Below are positions 59,481 to 64,000 of a stretch of DNA of 64,000 bases, in pieces; positions within the stretch are counted from its first letter, which is position 1, and every line of letters begins with the position of its first letter. The DNA is from Macrostomum hystrix (lineage: Eukaryota > Animalia > Platyhelminthes), in NCBI GenBank assembly GCA_950097015.1, contig CATNEN010000011.1, positions 620,001 to 684,000 of the forward strand, written 5' to 3'. The position numbers and the translations under genes were made by a program. The notes beneath the pieces were generated by a model that was not told where the DNA came from, ran no database searches, and saw only the letters and a program-made list of their open reading frames with translations.

Positions 59481-61515
59481 CTAGCCGACTCGCATCATGT
59501 TGTATAGCGACTGGATCTTCTTCATGGACATTGTGCCCGAGTGGCGCTTCTCCTCCTGGTGCGGCTGACTGCGACTCTTCAGATAGAGGCGAATAGCCTG
59601 CTGGAGCTCGCGACCTCGCTGCAATGCCAGAAACAATTACTCACTCACTGAATCACTCACTCACTCACTGAATCACTTACTCACTCACTGAACCACTTAC
59701 TCACTCACTGAATCGCTTACTCACTCACTGAACCACTTACTCACTCACTGAATCACTTACTCACTCACTGAATCACTTACTCACTCACTGAATCACTCAC
59801 TTCCTTACTGAATCACTCACTCCCTTACTGAATCACTTACTCACTCACCGAATCACTTACTCACTCACTGAATCACTCACTTCCTTACTGAATCACTCAC
59901 TCCCTTACTGAATCACTTACTCACTCACTGAATCACTTACTCACTCACTGAATCACTTACTCACTCACTGAACCACTTACTCCTTACTGAATCACTTACT
60001 CCTTACTGAATCACTTACTCCTTACTGAATCACTTACTCCTTACTGAATCACTTACTCCTTACTGAATCACTTACTCCTTACTGAATCACTTACTCCTTA
60101 CTGAATCACTTACTCACTCACTGAATCACCTACTCACTCACTGAATCACTTACTCACTCACTGGGTCACTCACTCCTTACTGAATCACTTACTCCATACT
60201 GAATCACTTACTCCTTACTGAATCACTTATTCACTCACTGAATCACTTACTCACTCACTGAATCACTTACTCACTCACTGAATCACTTACTCACTCACTG
60301 AATCACTCACTCCTTACTGAATCACTTACTCCTTACTGAATCACTTACTCCTTACTGAATCACTTACTCCTTACTGAATCACTTACTCCTTACTGAATCA
60401 CTTACTCCTTACTGAATCAATTATTCACTCACTGAATCACTTACTCACTCACTGAATCACTTACTCACTCACTGAATCACTTACTCACTCACTGAATCAC
60501 TCACTCCTTACTGAATCACTTACTCCTTACTGAATCACTTACTCCTTACTGAATCACTTACTCCTTACTGAATCACTTACTCCTTACTGAATCACTTACT
60601 CCTTACTGAATCAATTATTCACTCACTGAATCACTTACTCACTCACTGAATCACTTACTCCTTACTGAGTCACTTACTCAGTCACTGAATCACTCACTCA
60701 CTCACTGAATCACTTACTCACTCACTGAATCACTTACTCACTCACTGAATCACTTACTCACTCACTGAACCACTTAATCACTCACTGAATCACTCACTCA
60801 CTCACTGAATCACTTACTCACTCACTGAATCACTTACTCACTCACTGAATCACTTACTCACTCACTGAATCACTTACTCCTTACTGAGTCACTTACTCAC
60901 TCACTGAATCACTCACTCACTCACTTAATCACTTACTCACTCACTGAATCACTCACTCCTTACTGAATCACTTACTCCTTACTGAGTCACTTACTCACTC
61001 ACTGAATCACTTACTCCTTACTGAATCACTTACTCACTCACTGAATCACTTACTCCTTACTGAATCACTTACTCACTCACTGAATCACTTACTCACTCAC
61101 TGAATCACTCACTCACTCACTGAATCACTTCTCTGGTCTCTGGCCTCTCATTTTGTTTCCAAGCCATACGAGAGAGACGGCCTTGGGGCTCGTCATGCAA
61201 TTTACGCCCTAGTTGCTATCGTAACGTATCTTTAATCGTAGCTAATAGCCTGACCGAGCTACAGATAACAAAGTTTTCCAGGAAACTCACGCCGTCGTCA
61301 TCCAGCATTTGCATCGCTGGCTCGCTCTCATCTGAATCGAAATTTTCCCCATCAAAATCGATGTTGAAGCCAGCGCTGGTTCGAGGCTGCTGCTGCCGCT
61401 GCTGCTGCCGCTGCGGGAGACCGTGGCCCACTTCCACCAGGCAGGTGGCAAAGATGAATGCGGCAATGATCAAAGCTGCCGCACTGACACAACTCACGCT
61501 GCTGCCACGTGACAT
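59481..61515 (-). CDS. Secreted amidated neuropeptide precursor, 120 aa (exons 61515-61291 and 59618-59481), PDF/cerebrin-like architecture
   Basis: Hydrophobic signal peptide, acidic spacer, phase-0 intron (GGC|gtgagt...ttgcag|CGA), then ...QEEKR-HSGTMSMKKIQSLYNMMRV-G-stop, i.e. a dibasic site and a C-terminal amidation Gly. Confidence 0.8.
59638..61130. repeat. 19/20-bp minisatellite (~75 units) filling the neuropeptide intron
   Basis: Units ctcactcactgaatcactta and ctccttactgaatcactta, interspersed in runs. Confidence 0.96.
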
Positions 61516-61609
61516 GCTCGACTTGATCCTGGAATCTGTTTTACTAGGGATGATTAAAATGCGTTTTAATCAACTAAAATCACCATCGACCAACTTCCCC
61601 AATTCACCA

Positions 61610-62090
61610 GAACTTCCTGTCCACTGTCCCCTGATTCTTCAGTTCCTGTCCCTTGATCTTTCAGTTTCTGTCCCCTGATCTTTCAGTTCCTGTCCACTGT
61701 CCCCTGATCTTTCAGTTCCTGTCCACTGTCCCCTGATTTTTCAGCTCCTGTCCACTGTCCCCTGATCCTTCAGTTCCTGTCCACTGATCCTTCAGTTCCT
61801 GTCCCCCTGATCCTTCAGTTCCTGGCCCCTGACCCTTCAGTTCCTGTCCCCCTGATCCTTCAGTTCCTGTCCACTGATCCTTCAGTTCCTGTCCCCCTGA
61901 TCCTTCAGTTCCTGGCCCCTGACCCTTCAGTTCCTGTTCAGTTCCCGTTCAGTTCCCGTTCAGTTCCTGTTCAGTTCCTGTTCAGTTCCCGTTCAGTTCC
62001 TGTTCAGTTTCTGTTCAGTTTCCGTTCAGTTTCTGTTCTGCTCCCGATCAGTTTCTGTTCAGTTCCCGTTCAGTTTCTGTTCAGTTCAGT
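61610..62090. repeat. Compound degenerate repeat (ttcagttcctgtccactg/cccctgatc, then 11-bp ttcagttcctg)
   Basis: Directly visible tandem units upstream of the neuropeptide gene. Confidence 0.88.
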
Positions 62091-62749
62091 GGTTTGGAAG
62101 GTGAGAAATTACAGGAAATATGTTTCACATTCTGTTGAGTAAGAACAAACGCATGAATATTTGAAGCAGGCAGCGAAGGACACCCAGTTTATTGACCATA
62201 TTTGAATGCTGAGTTGCCCATTAGCAAGCAGAAGTTCTCTCTAGAAGCTGAGCCAAGAGCTCGATTGAGTCTGCCTTGTAATTCGCAGATAATCGGCATT
62301 GATCCTTGCTGCCCAAATTGATTTTCTAGTCTTTTCGGAAACTGCTTCTCGCCAGGCCAGGGTGGTCTTTTGGAAAGAGAAGCAAACAAGCTAATAAGAA
62401 TCTGGAACCGCAGACACTCACTGAATATGTTGCGCGCGATGCGAAAGTATGCTCAACTGATAATACCGGTCGTCTGCTTTCAGTTGCAGGAATTGCTGCT
62501 CCGATCAACAAATCTTATGCAAGGGTCGCTTTGAGCAACCCGCCACAGTGCTTTATAGTCCATATCGACCTTGCTGTCCAGCCAATGAGGATTTGGGAGA
62601 CCGTAACTGTTCGGCCTACCTGTTCTAGCAGATAACTAGAATTGAATTCGCTCAATTAAGAATATAATATTTCCACTTTAACAGTATTATTAAGACTTTT
62701 AGTGTACACTGCCGAAAAATTTATTAATTAGACTAGAAATGTAATATTT

Positions 62750-63495
62750 TGACTAGAAATGTAATATTTCGACTGGAAATGTAATATTTTAACTAGAATT
62801 GTAATACTTCGCAAAGAAATGTAATATTTCGACTATAAATATAATATTTCGACTAGAAATATAATATTTCGACTAGAAATGTAATATTTCGACTAGAAAT
62901 GTAATATTTCGACTAGAAATGTAATATTTCGACTAGAAATGTAATATTTTAACTAGAATTGTAATACTTCGCAAAGAAATGTAATATTTCGACTACAAAT
63001 ATAATATTTCGACTAGAAATGTAATATTTCGACTAGAAATGTAATATTTTAACTAGAATTGTAATACTTCGCAAAGAAATGTAATATTTCGACTACAAAT
63101 ATAATATTTCGACTAGAAATGTAATATTTCGACTATAAATGTAATATTTTAACTAGAATTGTAATACTTCGCAAAGAAATGTAATATTTCGACTACAAAT
63201 ATAATATTTCGACTACAAATATAATATTTCGACTAGAAATGTAATATTTCGACTAGAAATGTAATATTTCGACTAGAAATGTAATATTTCGACTAGAAAT
63301 GTAATATTTCGACTAGAAATGTAATATTTCGACTAGAAATGTAATATTTCGACTAGAAATGTAATATTTCGACTAGAAATGTAATATTTCGACTAGAAAT
63401 GTAATATTTCGACTAGAAATGTAATATTTCGACTAGAAATGTAATATTTCGACTAGAAATGTAATATTTCGACTAGAAATGTAATATTTCGACTG
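62750..63495. repeat. 20-bp AT-rich minisatellite (~37 units)
   Basis: Unit gactagaaatgtaatatttc, with a recurring variant block aactagaatt..cttcgcaaagaaat. Confidence 0.96.
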
Positions 63496-64000
63496 TTTGA
63501 CGTCGTAAAATTTTTATTCGGCTAAGTCAGTTTTAAACAAGAAGTTTAAGTGCATCTTATGAGACTGTCAATTCAATTATTTGTTGAAATCAACTTTTTT
63601 TAATCCTTTTTATTCACAATTACGAGTACAGCATTTTGAAATTCTTGATAGTTGAGTCTACTCATCAGACGGTTTTGAGATCGCAGGTCTAATTAACCTG
63701 AAGTGAGCTTCCATTGTCAACAACGTCTCAGCAATATCCATTGGCACGCCGAGAACTTAATTCCCTTTTTAATTCCTGAATGCGATCCAAATCTGATTGA
63801 AGCTTATTGAACTGTCAAGATTCCACTAACATGGAAATAAAATCCCTGAACTGCCAAGACAGTGTTAAATCATGTATGCAGCTTGTCATACTCAATGAGG
63901 CTGGGGATTATTAATGGGATTTTCCAAAAACTGAGACTATTTCCCAATGAATTCCGAATCTTGTAAGACACAACAAAAAACCATTGCCATCTTGAAATCT

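Overview
Eukaryotic, intron-containing and very repeat-rich animal DNA. The poly-Q/poly-A low-complexity exons and minisatellite-filled introns resemble a flatworm such as Macrostomum, but that assignment is inference only. Host genes rebuilt by hand from GT-AG splice sites and frame continuity: two tandem SLC1/EAAT glutamate-transporter paralogues (minus strand; 18521-23079 complete, 1-3038 running off the window), a PPM1D/Wip1 phosphatase (25170-32051, minus), a dystrobrevin (39623-51042, plus, first exon not found), a two-exon amidated neuropeptide precursor missed by the ORF track (59481-61515, minus) and a low-confidence spliced orphan gene (~54.9-57.8 kb). Between the EAAT copies lies a cluster of mobile DNA: a Crypton-type tyrosine-recombinase DNA transposon whose empty site is preserved in the paralogue, a long-TIR Tc1/IS630-like element nested inside it, a full-length Ngaro/PAT-type tyrosine-recombinase retrotransposon with split direct repeats, a 41-bp satellite and a gypsy fragment. 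Three non-autonomous Helitrons with complementary RepHel fragments surround the PPM1D first exon, two of them carrying a hAT MITE. The top leads are a textbook -1 frameshift signal (A_AAA_AAC, 7-nt spacer, H-type pseudoknot) at the Ngaro gag/pol junction plus a candidate splice route to its ATG-less recombinase, and almost purely non-synonymous divergence between the otherwise near-identical EAAT duplicates. All alignments and counts were done by eye and should be recomputed.
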